NCBI GenBank assembly: GCA_951406725.2
Contig: OX597815.1
Location: forward strand, 177,940,001-178,004,000
Direction of reading: 5' to 3'
Length of the DNA: 64,000 nt
Origin: Octopus vulgaris
Lineage: Eukaryota
In this document: one piece after another, positions 1-13,781 of the stretch
Position numbering within the stretch: position 1 is the stretch's first letter
How the letters are laid out: each line of letters opens with the position of its first letter
Notes under the pieces: model-generated
The model's database searches: none
The model's input: the letters and a program-made list of their open reading frames with translations, nothing else
Told to the model about the DNA's origin: nothing
Program-made: the position numbers and the translations under genes

Positions 1-313
1 TCGTTTTTTCTATTTTGCTTCTTTCCGCCTTTCTTCCCGTTTCACCACTCATTTTTAATTATATTTCCGGCAAGTTAACTTAGGATTCCTTCATTTAACT
101 AAGGTACCTATTGCTTAATTAGTAGCTAAATTAGTACTCTTCGTTGAAATATTATTTACTTCTGGGTATCTGCTCGCTATGAAACTGGATTTTACTTGCT
201 CCGCTCCCTTAATTTGGATATACATACATATATATGTGTGTGTGTGCATGTATGTATGTGTGTGTATCTGTCTGTTTGCATATAGGTATGCATGTGGATG
301 TATGACTGTTTCG

Positions 314-519
314 TTTCAAATCTTCGCACAATGCCCACAAGCTCAGAAGATGTGCATGTCGATTACATCGACCCTAGTGCTCAACTGGTAGAATTACATT
401 GATCCCGAAAGGATGAAAGGCAAAGTCGACCTCGCCAGAATATAAACCGAGAAAGTAACGACGGATTAAGCGCTACATAGTATTTTGTCCGGTTATCAGT
501 TCTAACAGCTCGCCGCCTT
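314..519 (-). mobile_element. tRNA-derived SINE family A (Meta-domain-like)
   Basis: Reverse complement of GTCGACTTTGCCTTTCATCCTTTCGGG.TC.AT core and the GGCGGCGAGCTG head seen at 7139-7370. Confidence 0.8.
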
Positions 520-1749
520 GAATTCACTTCAAATATTTAGAAATAATTTTGAAGGGTTGGCTTGTGGAAAGCCCTTGATCAATGTTCTCAATTATCATAC
601 AGCATGTTTCCTTTGAAATTCAAGAAAATAATCTGCGCGTGTCTTTAGACTGAACTTAGCTCCATCTGTTTTCAATTGTTTTAGTGCGGTGCATGTCCAG
701 CAGACGTTTTGTACGACGGAAAAATCAGATTGAACGAAACAATGTTATGGAACTGTAATTCCAGTTTATTCTAGATAACTGTCAGAAGCAACACACTTTG
801 GAACACAAGGATGTATTCAGCACTTTTATAATAAAATACACATTACATGCGCTTATTCATACACGTACATGCGCTTATTCATACACTCTCTCATACATAG
901 TATCTACACACACATATATATATATATATAGGGACATTTTACGATCACAAATGAGTGAGAAGTAACGACGATAAACATATACGTATGTGTATGTACATGT
1001 ATTTATATATATATGTATATATATATTGAATTTATTTTGTTGTAAATATAAATCACGAATTCAGAGAAGGGATTTATAGAAGTAACAGTTCCCCGGTGGG
1101 ATAATCTAACATATTACTTTACGTTTAGACACATCGTCCTTGTTTTCCTTGAAGAGTTCTAGTGATTATCATTGAGGTGGTCCTCAGAGAACGTTTACAA
1201 GTTATTGGAATACCGATTTAGTCAAACTGCAGAAATTCTATATCATGAGGATTTAGAAAAATATAGCGAATAAACTCCAGTATGATTCCCTGAAGATGAA
1301 TTTTTATTGAACAAAGTAGTGTTAACATTATAGTGATGTCCATAAAAGCCTGCAGACTGCAAGAATTAATAGTTCGTAATAATTAAAACGACAGTAGCAA
1401 TAATAATGGTTTCTTCCATTCTTGCAAATATACAAATGTGTAATAAAGGTAATAGTCACTTAAAGTAACTTTTGCACGAGCGTAAAATATATTTTGTTGG
1501 CGTTGTAGGGAGGAAAGTTAAAGTCACTTTTGATAGTATTTAAACGAAGTAATGTGCGTACTGAGAGTTAAATACTGAAGGGCAGTGAAACCCATACTCA
1601 ATTCTATTGCCGTTAAAAGACATGAGTTTAACACATTTTTCAAACTCTAGCAAAAGTGTAGATATTGTGAGAGAGGTTTCGGTTAGTCTAATCTAATTAC
1701 TGTGGTATATCTTAATTATTAATATTATATTCAAATATAAAACAGTGAA

Positions 1750-2245
1750 CTGAAAAAACCGTTACCACACCGGGCGAAATGCTTAGCAGTATTTCCCCCA
1801 GCTCTTTACCTTCTGAGTTCGAATTCCGCCGAGAGTGTTTTTGCTTTTCCTCTTTTGTGGGGCGATATAATAAATTACCAGTCGAGCACTGGGGCCCATG
1901 CAAATCCACTTAACCCCTCCCTCGAGATTGACGGCCTTGTATCAAAATATGAAATGAATATTATATTCAGATATAAGCCGGAGAGCTGGCAGAATGCTTA
2001 GCGACTTTTCGTCCCTCTTTTCATTCTGTGGTCAAAAGCCGCCGAGGTCGATTTTGCCTTTCATCATTTAAGGATCGATAAAATAAGTAGCAGTGGAGTA
2101 CTGGGACCGATGTAATCGGCTTACATCCTCCCCGAGATTGCTGGCCTTGTACCAAAACCTGAAACCAGTTTTTTTTTTATTCCAACAAAAGCCGGCGAGC
2201 TGGAAGGATCATTAGCACGCCAGGCGGATTACTTAGAGTAATTTC
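1750..2245 (+). mobile_element. Head-to-tail cluster of family A SINEs (two near-full, one 5' fragment)
   Basis: Copies at ~1750-1960, ~1976-2168 and ~2190-2245; B-box-like GAGTTCGAATTCC; TATTATATTCA(A/G)ATATAA repeated at ~1723 and ~1960. Confidence 0.75.
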
Positions 2246-2639
2246 AAACAGGTTTTCTATTCAAGGTCGTGATACGATCATTTGTAAATAGTGATCTCAA
2301 TACACCATTGAGCGTGGCTCTGTTTTATTACGTTCAACATCTTGCTGTAGTTTCATTTTATTTTGGTGTGTGCTGTGTACGCAGTAACTTGTAGAAGTTG
2401 TTAATGACATGCAAATGTGTACTTCCTGAATTTGTGGCTATGTATACACCTGGTAATTTTAAGGATATTTCCGAGATCACCAATAATTATGGGAAATATT
2501 TCTAACTTCAGATTAGGCGCCTCTACTCCAATTCTTGCTATTGTTTCTCAGCTGTTAAATATTCCCGCTTTTAAATTTTGGGGCTTTTTCTAGCTATTAA
2601 TATTAGTTTCTTAGAGTAGATATTACATACAATTTTTTT

Positions 2640-3080
2640 AATTATAGGCCATTTCTCGCCGAGTGTTTTCCGTACACCTGGAGCAGAGAAGCTCATTGTA
2701 TGCATTCCCAGATTACACATGCAAATTCACAGATAAAATGTGTATTTTTTAAAATTAATAAATAAATAAATTCATGAATGGATGTTGCTTTCACAGCGAT
2801 AATGCTCTTGTTAGTAAATGAGTCGTTCCATCTTTCACGATTTTCTGCACTTCCTGTAGGGATGGTAAGCCTGGTATCAATTTCAAATAAGTATCAGTAC
2901 CTTTATTTTTATCATTCCTACAGATCCTACAATCACTGATACTGCAGTCGCCTTGAGAATTTTTTGCTGTCCTTCGTTCAATTTTGTTCCCATTTCTTGC
3001 TGAGTGTCTTCCAACACCTAGAGCAAAGAATCTCATTGTATACATTGATACGCCATTGGAATAAACACACCATATTGTTC
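2640..3080 (-). mobile_element. Dong/R4-type LINE 3' end remnant
   Basis: ORF 2791-3045 ends YLKLIPGLPSLQEVQKIVKDGTTHLLTRALSL, the typical RLE-LINE C-terminus (IQK..L.GTAHILR..L); CCAACACCTAG 3'-UTR motif shared with ~6763. Confidence 0.7.
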
Positions 3081-3639
3081 ATTTATAAAATAAAATTGCG
3101 TGAAAAGAAACAAAGAAAGAAAGAAAGAAAGAAAGGCAAAAGATGAAGAGAGAAGAGAAAGAAAGAAAGAAAGAACAATAATAAAATATTACATGGGTGT
3201 AATAGTTCCCGCGGTGACAATTCTCTTCTCGATATGTGTGACGTGCTGGTTATGGATGGAAAACCAGAGATCATTCTTGTATGGATAGTAAAAACAGGAA
3301 CCGTTCTCAAATAGTTTTTAATTCTTTAAAGGCTCCTACATTTCTCATAATGTAACCGTCTTCAGTTCTGGCGTTATTTTCGATTTCAATGAGCAAATAT
3401 TTTTATATTCTGTGCTCGTCAAATTCTTTTGCCGAGATATTATGATCACAAGAAATGTTCATGACGATCAATAAACAGACTTTATTGATTCGGTCTTTTA
3501 CAACAACATCCGGTTTATTAGCTTTGATAGTTCGGTTTGTATACACTGGAAACTACCAAGGAATCGTTACATTTTCTCCCTCGGTTACAGCCTCAGGATG
3601 GTGTTTATACCACTTGTCAACAATTTTCATTTTATATTA

Positions 3640-4720
3640 ATGACATATTAATGAAGCATTAACCAGAATAGTTATTGGCCAGCTCTGTCATGCCTTGGTT
3701 TATTCATCACTGGTGCTAAGACATTACATCCAGGCATTAAGTGGTTCGTTGTTCCAATCTCATCGTTACAGAATTGCCACTACTCCATTTTCCATCACAT
3801 TCACATGGTATTTCCGGGTCAAGGAGCTTTGATCTGGAGCATCTAAGAAGCTTTCATGCCCTGCCTTTAGCCATGAGATTTGTAGCCGCAGGTGATGTGC
3901 TTCTGATCAACATCAGCTAGTTTGCTACGGTCATATATTTGCCATGCAGAAATTTCTGGTCCCAGCTATCAGCCAATTAGCCAATTGTTCATATTTTATT
4001 TTTCCCCTTGTCATTGATTTCACCATCTTAGCAACAACAGTTGCCGCACTTCCATCATGCGGTTCATGAACTCAATAGCAAATTTTTAACTCTTATGTCT
4101 GAAGTTTTTTCAATAAAGTCTAACCTATTCGCATCTATTTTCCGGTCAGTTTGAACGGTGAAGTTCTAGAGGAGTGAGATGTGATCATTTTCAAGCACTG
4201 GAGGTGATTTGTGTTTCCACCAGTTTGTATCATAGGGTAGGTCCAGGTTTTTTTTTAAATTACCCAGTGAATATATTGTGCTGCTCTATCATGCCTGTTG
4301 AGATACTGTGTTCGCGTAAGAAGACTGCACTTAGAGACAACATGATCAATGGTTTTATTTTGTTGTTGACATACACATCTTGGGCTACTTCCATTCGTTA
4401 ATATGTTGGCTTGGTAATTTCTTGTAGGTAGACATTAAATTGGGGCTGCTATGATAAACCCTTCCGTTTCTCATTTTAATCCAGAAGACACTAACCATTG
4501 ATGGGTAAGGGCTTTGTCAACATCGGTACTATTAGCTCTCTTTGGGTATTTGCCATTGAGAGGTTTTTCTTGCCATTTATCAGTAATAATAAGAAAAGGA
4601 GCAGTTTTAGCACGGGTTTTCATACTCTTAGCTGGAGATACACTACGATGCCAGCTGTTCACTACCAGAGTAGTTGGCAGAAAATAGAATGGTACTTTGA
4701 AGGTCAACAATTCAAATTTC
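3640..4720 (-). mobile_element. Dong/R4-type LINE fragments (thumb/CCHC knuckle)
   Basis: Minus-strand WQEKPLNGKYPKRANSTDVDKALTHQWLVSSGLK*ETEGFIIAA (~4440-4580) and NHLMPGCNVLAPVMNKPRHDRAGQ*LFW (~3660-3750); stops and frameshifts; at least two copies. Confidence 0.75.
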
Positions 4721-6470
4721 AATTACAATCTCTTTTCAGTATTTTAAGCAACATTTTGGGTGTTGTACGAAATGCACCAATTACAACAGGAATAATTGTT
4801 GCCTTGGTCTTCCAGTTTTCTGAGCTCTCTGGATAGATCCTGATATTTCTCATCTTTTTCAATTTCTTTGGCATCGTCCCTGCCATCATGGGGATTGCAA
4901 ATTTATGATGTGATGCTGTTTGTTTATTTTTATCTTCTTTGATCATGTCTGGTCTTTTTGCTTCAATATTAGGCTCAGCTTTTATGGAAAAATCCCAATA
5001 GAACTTGTAATTCTCATTTTCAATCGGGGCCTCTGGTTCCTGTTCATACCACTTTCGTGAAATTAACGTGCAAGTGGGTGAGAAATCCACAAACACGCGC
5101 TCTTTGTAATACAAGTACAACTCATTTTGTCCAGATGAGTGCATTAACGCAACGTGAAATAAAGTGTCTTCTTTAAGGATACAACGCACTACCAGGAACC
5201 GAACTCGCTTCCTTTCAATCCTTAATCGAATACCCATTAAGCCATGTGCCTTCTTGGTAATTCCTGTGTGAATTCCAACCTTTGTAGTCCCGACATCATC
5301 AATCGCGTTCGTGTTCTTTTTCAAGGCTAAAACTAGAGACAATGATTGACTCCTTTCTACAACATCCTTACAAGTGCTCTATTCACTTCATTATATGCTT
5401 TTGCGCTTCTTTTCTTCTTTTTTCTTCCTTTTTCTGTTAGAGAGGTGATAACCTTTGACGCAGGCCCCGAAGTCAGGAATCCTTGATATTCAGCTTCGAG
5501 TCATTTGCCCCACAACCATTAAACTGATTATTTCTTGCCTTCTTCATCTCTGTTCAGCTTTATCATTGCATTGTCCCTATGGAGATATTCCTTGCTATCA
5601 CTTTTATCATCATATACTGTAGTCTCTGAATAGATTCGAATATCAGCTTTTCACAATTTCAGAAATACTTTCTGTCTTTTTCTCCTAACTTTCTGCGATG
5701 TGAAAAAATGTTCAATTGTAGGCTTCATTTCAAAGAAAGCACTTCGCTTTAGGTTGTTCGTGCTTCATAGCAACGCATCTTCATTTTCTACGACTCTTTA
5801 CTAGATAGAATGCTAGTCCAATAATAATAGTCTATTTGCAAATCTAACCCTAACACGCCGTGTTTGCAGTAAGTCACATTCTGTGTTGTGTATTCGAAAT
5901 GAAATTTTTTGTTCTTGTTCTTTATTTATTCTGTCTAGAATTCCTAGTTCTTTTAGCGTCCAATTGGCAATGATGAAGCTGTAATTTATTATTTAGGTAG
6001 CTAGACTATTGATGTTTATTACTAACTTTTAGCAGATTCAAGTATTAAGCTAATGAGTCTATAATATCCCTTTCTCTTCTTACCTTCTATTTTGGTCTCT
6101 TTTGCGTTTTCTACTTCACTGATTCCTAAGTATTTTGTCTGTCTCTGTTTTTTTTCCCTAACTTTCGTATCTGTTTCTTTATCTAACATGTGATTAGCAT
6201 TCTTAAATTATATTCTCTCTCTTCAAAGTTGCCCCGACGCATTTGGTTAATCGGAATCTGATAAAAATTTCTCACTAGAAAATCTATGTAATCTCTGCTG
6301 CTGTAGTGTTCCTAGATGTTTATAATTTATAGAGATGGACCTGAGGTCGTCTATATAAAGTAAGTGGCTGATTATTTTATCATAACATTTGTAACCGAAT
6401 CTTGTCCTGTTTAACATGTCGGAGAAAGGTGTCAACTCTAGAAGAAATACTGCAGACAGGGATTATTATC
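4719..6470 (-). mobile_element. Dong/R4-type LINE remnant (RT + restriction-like endonuclease)
   Basis: SHLLYIDDL (RT catalytic motif, ORF 6247-6435) and FYWDFSIKAEPNIEAKRPDMIKEDK...IIPVVIGA (RLE PD..D motif, ORF 4719-5342). Confidence 0.8.
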
Positions 6471-6478
6471 ATCATCAC

Positions 6479-6574
<96 letters not shown>

Positions 6575-6621
6575 CATCATTATTGTTGTTGTTATTATTG
6601 TTATTATTATTATTACTATTT

Positions 6622-6692
<71 letters not shown>

Positions 6693-6720
6693 GTTATTAT
6701 TGTTATTATTGTTATTATTG
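6462..6720. repeat. (ATC)n/(ATT)n compound microsatellite, likely LINE 3' tail/target
   Basis: Directly visible; abuts a Dong-like 3' UTR at ~6720-6850 on the minus strand. Confidence 0.9.
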
Positions 6721-6934
6721 TCTTCTTTCAAATTTTTTTTTCCATTTCTTGCCAAGTGCCTTCCCAACACCTAGAAGAAATTTACTGTATACATCGGTAG
6801 GCCACCAAAATAAACACACCAGAGTGTTCATTTACAAAGTCATGTGATAGACAAAGAAGAAGAAAAACAGAGAAAAAAGAAAGAAGGGGAAAAAGAAAAA
6901 GATGAAAAAAACGAGGAATTTCGTGCACATATTC

Positions 6935-7135
6935 AGAGATGCACATATCGTCAGCCATTAAGGGACATGCTCCACTGGCTAAGGTCAAACAGATGACAAG
7001 CAAATCTGTGGTATTGAGCAGAATAATTGCTCTAGACCGTCTCTTACACCAAGAAAAAACATGTACCGTATAACATTTCCAATCAATTAAGATCAGACGC
7101 CAGGAGAGTCAGTGCCTGGTATTACTATCAGCATT
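6935..7135 (-). mobile_element. Partial diverged copy of the (AAT)n-embedded ~550 bp element
   Basis: Reverse complement aligns by eye to ~60275-60470. Confidence 0.75.
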
Positions 7136-7138
7136 TGA

Positions 7139-7370
7139 AGGCGGCGAGCTGGTAGAAACGTTAGCACGTCGGGCGACATGCGTAGCCGCATTTCGTCTGC
7201 CGTTACGTTCTGAGTTCAAATTCCGCCGAGGTCGACTTTGCCTTTCATCCTTTCGGGGTCGATAAATTAAGTACCAGTTACGCACTGGGGTAGATGTAAT
7301 CGACTTAATCCGTTTGTCTGTCCTTGTTTGTCCCCTCTGTGTTTAGCCCCTTGTGGGTAGTAAAGAAATA
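7139..7370 (+). mobile_element. Full-length family A SINE with target-site duplication
   Basis: GGCGGCGAGCTGG head, GAGTTCAAATTCC B box, GCCTTTCATCCTTTCGGGGTCGATAAA core; flanked by GGTATTACTATCAgcATTT (7118) and GGTATTACTATCAttATTT (7371). Confidence 0.9.
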
Positions 7371-7550
7371 GGTATTACTATCATTATTTCATATACGCTC
7401 AACCATTATTATTATCATTAAAGCAGCTCCTACTAATTCTGCTACTACAAAATAACTGCTGCTGCTACTACTACTACTACTACTACTATACAACAACTAT
7501 ATCGGTGTGGGCTACAAAGCCATTCATAAGGAAAACATACATACAGACAC

Positions 7551-8412
7551 ACGAGAGGGCACCCAAAAGAAATCGGAATTTTGTATTATCATTTTATTCA
7601 GCTAGTTTTACATGTTTACACTTTTATCGCCTTCAAAATATTCTTCATTTGAAGAGGTGCATCGGTCCAGACGCCTTTTCCATTTTTCAAAGCGAAGTGA
7701 TGCCTTCTTACAGCTCCGTTGTTCCTTTTCTCCACCTCTTCCACATCTGCAAATTCCTTAACACTACCTTTCGTCACCAGTGATCAGCTTCGAAAAACGG
7801 CCGGGATCAATTTCCAACTCTTCTGTCAATTCACAACACGCATTCAGTTGTGACCTATTTTGATCTTCCGTTAGCAAAGGAGGTACACATTTTGCTGCAA
7901 CTCTTTTCATTCTCAATTCCTCGCTCGTAATTCGTTGTCAGGAGCTCCAGGACACACCAGTCATATCAACAATTTCGTCAATTGTTCGGCGACGGCCCTC
8001 CAAGAGCAGTTCCTGAATTTTTATGATGTTTTCATTCAACTAGGAGGTCGACGATCACCCTGAACGAGCGACAAGTGACCATTCCTAAAGTATGAAAACA
8101 ACTCATAAACTTGTGTTTTGCTCATGGCAGCATCTTTAGAAATATGACAACTGTTTCGGCCGTCGTTTTAACCACGAGAAAACAGAATTTCGCGGAACCA
8201 CGCCGTTTTCTCGTGGCAGCCACAGCAAAAATCAACGAACAGAAGCACTGCAAAGCAAAGATACACCACTTAGCAGTAGGACTACACTCGACGACGCCGG
8301 TCGGCACACTGATGCCTGAGGGTCACATCAAGTGGCTTGTAGCGACGGAGGCCTGAACTACAACGGGCGTGTCCCACAGAGAAAATTTTCCAGTTGCTTT
8401 TGGGTACCCCTA
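7551..8412 (-). mobile_element. Internally deleted mariner (Tc1/mariner) DNA transposon
   Basis: Imperfect TIRs GAGGGCACCCAAAAGAAATCGGAATTTT / TTTTCCAGTTGCTTTTGGGTACCCC; minus-strand KFCFLVVKTTAET, MSKTQVYELF, IQELLLEGRRRTIDEIVDMTGVSWSS, LRMKRVAAKCVPPLLTEDQK = mariner N-terminal HTH region. Confidence 0.85.
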
Positions 8413-9649
8413 CAAACATGCATACTTACACACATATATGCAAAAATCCCATGTTAATGTAGAAATTCCAATGAAGGAATACTGGATTAGAAACTGACAT
8501 ATATACTTACATTTATGCATATAAACACACACAATATTCACGCATAAAACCACAATAGACGCGCAGACAACAGTGTCACACACACACAGTTAATGCTTAA
8601 AAACACACGCACGCATGTGTCCAATGGCATTTTACACACACCTAAAAGCTACAGAAAGTTACACACACACGTTACTCACACACGGTATAGACGCACACAT
8701 TACCTCCTACATATATGCCTTTGAACACACATCAGATAGCTTTACACACTTCCACACATATACATGCGTCCACACACAACACTCACACATAAATATACAC
8801 ACACACACACACACACATCGTTCCATACACGCATGTAAATGTTTACTTACACACATGCACTCACACGTATACATACGGACACACACGCTCATGCAATCTT
8901 CATACCCACACACACACGGTTTCCCACACACACACACACACATACGCTTGCCCACACACACACATGTACACAAACACACATTATTCTCACATGCACACAC
9001 ACATTTTCGCCAAGTAATTGTTGTCTCCCTTGCCAACCTTGTTTCCAGCCACTTCCTTCCTTCCGGTCAATTCAATATGTCCAACTGTTAATTCAGACAT
9101 GTTCCCTTTTTTCTCTTCCCGTTGTTTTCTTTCTCCATTTATCTTCTCTCTTCATTCCTTCCTATACAGTAGATTAGGCTCGAAACGTTAAATACACTTC
9201 CCGTTTTCCTGAGCGTCAAACTATTACAACTTGTTTGCTATTCCCTCACATGTTTCTATCTTTTTTCTGTTTTGTTTCGGTTTTGTACAAACTCGAAGCC
9301 TTGTACATCCAAACATTCCTAATTAATAGATATTGCAGACAAATATTATGACTAACAAATACGTTAAACTGAAGAAAACAAAGAAGCAGCTAAGTCAGTA
9401 GTGCTAAGAAACCAAAGCAGAAAGGCCAGTATCTCAGACAGCAGAACAAATGTAGCTATCCAGAAATATGAGAACAATGTACACATCTATGCTGCAAACC
9501 TTTCGGGGTTGGGGGTTGTAAAATATTTTTCCTTCTCCTACCAGATATTACACGATAGAACTAGATTGAAAATATTGTTCGTCGACGTTCTGCACTGTTC
9601 GATAACGTACTGAAAATGTGCCATTCACCTCTTGTACTCTATGTTTGTA

Positions 9650-9905
9650 GAGGAGCGACACTTAGTGGTCAGGTTGTTGCATCTATGATCGTAAGATTGT
9701 GGTTTTGATGCGTGGACTGAGCAGTGCGTTATATTCTTGAGCGAAACACTATATTTCACATTGTTCCAAACCACTCAGCTGACGAAAGTGAGTGATCTTG
9801 CGACATACCGGAATCCTATCTTTGGGGAGGGTTACATATAGGGCACAGGATCCGGAAAACCGACCTGATGACCCTATGGCTCGGGAAGGATCCGGGAGTC
9901 TTTTG
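9650..9905 (+). mobile_element. Degenerate tRNA-derived SINE (family C-like)
   Basis: TTAGTGGTCAGG...ATGATCGTAAG...TTCTTGAGCGAAACACTATATTTCACATTGTTCCA resembles 37420-37530. Confidence 0.6.
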
Positions 9906-10616
9906 AGAATACGCTTGGTTCCATAGCCATGTTCTGCGGACCCTTTCCGATGTTTTACAAAGTCATTGTAAATGCCTAAATTTAATCGGAATAAATACCA
10001 CGTTAAAGCTTGTTCCTTCAATAAGAAAGGTAGGAAAGATCTGATAAACGACAAACAACACAGACACACAGCACAGCACAAAGAACTTCAAATTATAGGA
10101 AGATTTGCTGGAGATCTTTGCAAATCCGAATCATATTGCAATGATAAATTATTGTTCAAACCTAATGTCGTGAATTCAGGTGACAAAACGTTTCTAATTG
10201 TCGAGTTGACGCTAGAGTTTTATGTTAAGGGATTTTAGCTGGATCCCCTATGGCTTGTTTGCCTAGAAGTTTACTGAGAAAGGAGAGCAGTTTTGCTTTA
10301 TAACAGTTTTGGCACACATTTGTGAGATAGGCTTAAATTGAGAGCAAAGAATATATCCTTAGTAGCACATGAAGTGAATCATTTGCTGCAGAGCTGGAGG
10401 GATTATATGTTCTCATGGAGAGGAAAAAGGGTGTTACATTGTCGACCAAAAGAAACTGGAAATTCACAAGTAGCCGAGAGGGTGTGCGGCACAGACGAAG
10501 GAAGTTATAATGCTAGACGTTGCTGAAACCGCATTGATCTTCAGTCGGCAACTGATGAAGGAAGTGCCTCACCGTGCAAGATGTATGTAAACTATAAATA
10601 TTAAACATGAGTGCAA

Positions 10617-10790
10617 CGCGGTGAGCTAAGAGAATCGTTATCACCCTGGTCCAGATGTTTGGCGCATTTCGTTCGTCTTTACAATCTGTGTTTAGATTAG
10701 GCCAGATCCATTTTGCTTTTCATTTTTCGGGATCGATACAATAAGTTGAGTACTCGGGTCGATGTGATCAACTGGACCGCTCCACCGATA
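10617..10790 (+). mobile_element. Degenerate family A SINE
   Basis: GCGGTGAGCT head; TTTGCTTTTCATTTTTCGGGATCGATA core. Confidence 0.65.
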
Positions 10791-11994
10791 TATCTGTCTA
10801 TAGACACTCACTAATCTAAAACATTGTTATATGTATCTATAAAAGATACATATAACAGATACATATATATATGCATTTGTAAAAGACAGGAAAAGTATCT
10901 TTGTAATTGTTATAATATTGAGTTTAACTATAGCATCTTTCTCATACGATAAAAAAAGGTGAATAATGTCCGCGAGGACAAAGTGTATTTAAAACATTCG
11001 TTGCCAAGGCGTTTCACATGTGTATCATACTAAACGGTTAATTGCTATAACCCTGGAGTTATACATAGTTTAGTTGATGGAAATTAGCGTCCGTTGACGA
11101 CATTCGTTATATTTCATATACAACTGCTAATAGGAACCTTTATAAACTTTATTCGAATGGTATAGACGGAAATGTCTCCAGTCATTTAATTTCGGACAAC
11201 GAACATTCCCTATTCATGACATGCTGTGTATCTTTAGTTCAACAAAGTCTGCAAATGACAACTTTCAAAGCAATTTGTTTGTAAAATATTGTAGCAATTA
11301 GCTTTGATGTATTTATTTTTTTCTCTTCTATTTTTACAGCGTATTTTTATGGTTTGTTGGGATGGTGGATGGTGGATGGTGGAGGAGGAGGGAGGCTTTT
11401 TTTACTTTCCTTTCTACTATTTGAACATCGGACACACAGATGTTTTCCACGTTTGCATTATTGTATCTTGTATCTTTTCTTTCGTTTATTTAGACTTTAC
11501 GATCTTCCTGGTGAGATTGCGTTAAAAAACGATTGTTTGTTGTGACATTTTTCTCTAGAGTCCTTTGGCGCTACACCCACCCCCACACACTCATACGTGT
11601 ATATATATGTATATCTACACGTATGTATATGTATTCACACATATATACATGCATACATGCACGCATACACATTCATATATGTATATTAGATTGTATGATT
11701 GTGTATATCACTTCATATTGTTTATTTTGTATTAAACTGATTTGTTTTTTTTTTTCAAGATGATAAGTACCATTTTTTTATACTGCTACGATACATTTCC
11801 TAAGATGCATTTACCTTATATAATTTCAAATACAATTCACATTTTATAAACTTTCACAAGCATTTCCAAAACAAATATTAGTGTGTATGTATGTATGTAT
11901 GTATGTATGTATGTATGTATGTATGTATGTATGTATGTATGTATGTATGTATGTATGTATGTGTGTATGTATAGGTTGTTAGGTAACTTGTGAG

Positions 11995-12235
11995 CTCTCT
12001 CGTGAGTACTACAAGTAACATGGAATCTAGTACAAATCCGTGGAGGGATTGTCGGTGACGAAGCCGGCATCCACACTAGGATAGTATGGTTAGGAAGGTT
12101 GCTAGACACCCAACAGGGATAATATCAAGGCTCTATGTAGGTTCAGCGACTCTCCGCCAATCGATCAGGTACTCAGAAATTCCAAGTACACGGCGGGATG
12201 GGACACGGCAGGGAGTAAGCCACCCCTTAACTTTT
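11995..12235 (+). mobile_element. LINE (RTE-like) 5' UTR fragment
   Basis: GC-rich island similar to the reverse complement of 19440-19640 (GAGTACTAC...AGTACAA...GGTGACGAAGCCGGCA). Confidence 0.45.
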
Positions 12236-13320
12236 ATTAAAGCATGTTTCTAGGAGAAAAAAGCACTGATTTAAAACAGAATATTGACATATGTGGAATC
12301 TTTTGCTTGAGCTTGAGACCATAGCCATCCCACATTTCCGAACATATTCCATATATTGGGACTAGAATCGTGCCTCGGTTTTTCTCTGGACCATCTCAAT
12401 GGACAGACAATGTTTTGCCAGTGATGGTCATACTCGTCTACGAATTAAAGCTATCATGTATAGATTGATACATATGTATTTGGAAAAATAAAAATTCTAG
12501 ACTATAGAAAATATGTTGCAAGACATGATAGATTTATGTCTCAAAGCTACTTATAGTATAAATGTACAAATTTGTCATCGAGGAACTGAGAAGGAATATT
12601 TTATATTATTTAAATATAACGCTGTGAATCACTGTTGTTGCTGTCGTTGGTTCGTCTGTAATGATCACTGGTTGAGTTGCATGAAGAAGTCACTGACAAC
12701 ACAAACGAACAAGTTGTGTTGGTCTTTTACAAATAATCAGAGCAATAATGACACACCAGGAGAGACTGATACAGCAATCTGTGGCTGTCCCATCATAACT
12801 AGAAACAACTGTGCTATATTTGTGATGACGGAGCTTCCTATTGAGTATCTGCCATTGGCTAGATTGTGGCAACAATGGTAACCCAACGCGTACATGCCTC
12901 AATATTCTGTATTTTATCTTAGCTGCCTTCGTGGGCCGACTGGCTAGAGTTGAGATGCCAAATTTCCAACACTCTGCAACTGTTTACAGCCAAACACGTT
13001 TGAAGGACAAAATTCTAGCAAATTTAATCACTTGATAGCTTGGAACTAATTGCTTGCTTAATAAACCGATCACATGAAACTACTGTGGTCGGATCGTGAT
13101 GCCTTTCCAGCTACCTAACGGTTCACTTTCGAATTATTGCAATAAAAGTATGACACATTGTTTAAAATTTCAATATCCCAGGAAGAAATTTGTATAGCTT
13201 GAATAACTGAGAGTAACGACACACAACATATCAAAACCATAACCATATTTCTTAAGGGTAATACTAAAATTCTGGGATTAAATAAATTAATTGAGGTAAA
13301 GAAAGAGAGGAAGGAGTAGA

Positions 13321-13781
13321 GGTATTTTTGGCTATCTGACCCCCATTAAAAAAATGGCTTATTGCCCCTGTTTTACGAGAAATATCGATACTTTTGGTCA
13401 TCTTCCTCAACTAAAAAATATGTTTAACCCTCAATAAAACAAGAAAAAAATGAAAAAAATTAATAGAGATGCAAAGTGGAGAGATAGAACATATTACTGA
13501 ATCTGATTTTATAACAAATCATTCAAAACTGAAATGATTAATAAACATGAAAATTGGAAAAAATTAAACATCTTACTGAATCTCATAACTTTTTTATAAC
13601 AAATCATAGCATTCCTATTTTGAGGACAAAAAGTCAACAATGTGTTGAAGTATTGAATGAAAAGGATCTTACTCTTTTAATCCAATCTCTTGTCGCCACA
13701 TAGAGTCGATTTTTTAGTGGGGAGATAACCCAATTTTTTAATGGCAATTTTGTAATGGGGGTGAGATAACCAAAAAGTACC
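13321..13781. mobile_element. MITE with ~38 bp TIRs and 8 bp imperfect (or 6 bp perfect) TSD
   Basis: GGTATTTTTGGCTATCTGACCCCCATTAAAAAAATGG vs revcomp of right end GGTACTTTTTGGTTATCTCACCCCCATTACAAAATTG; flanks GGAGTAGA / TGAGTAGA. Confidence 0.8.

Noticed and set aside
6380-6847. Poly-I/N/H/Y and YI/HT/CV/LSIY-repeat ORFs here and throughout the track
   Set aside because: Translations of microsatellites, not genes
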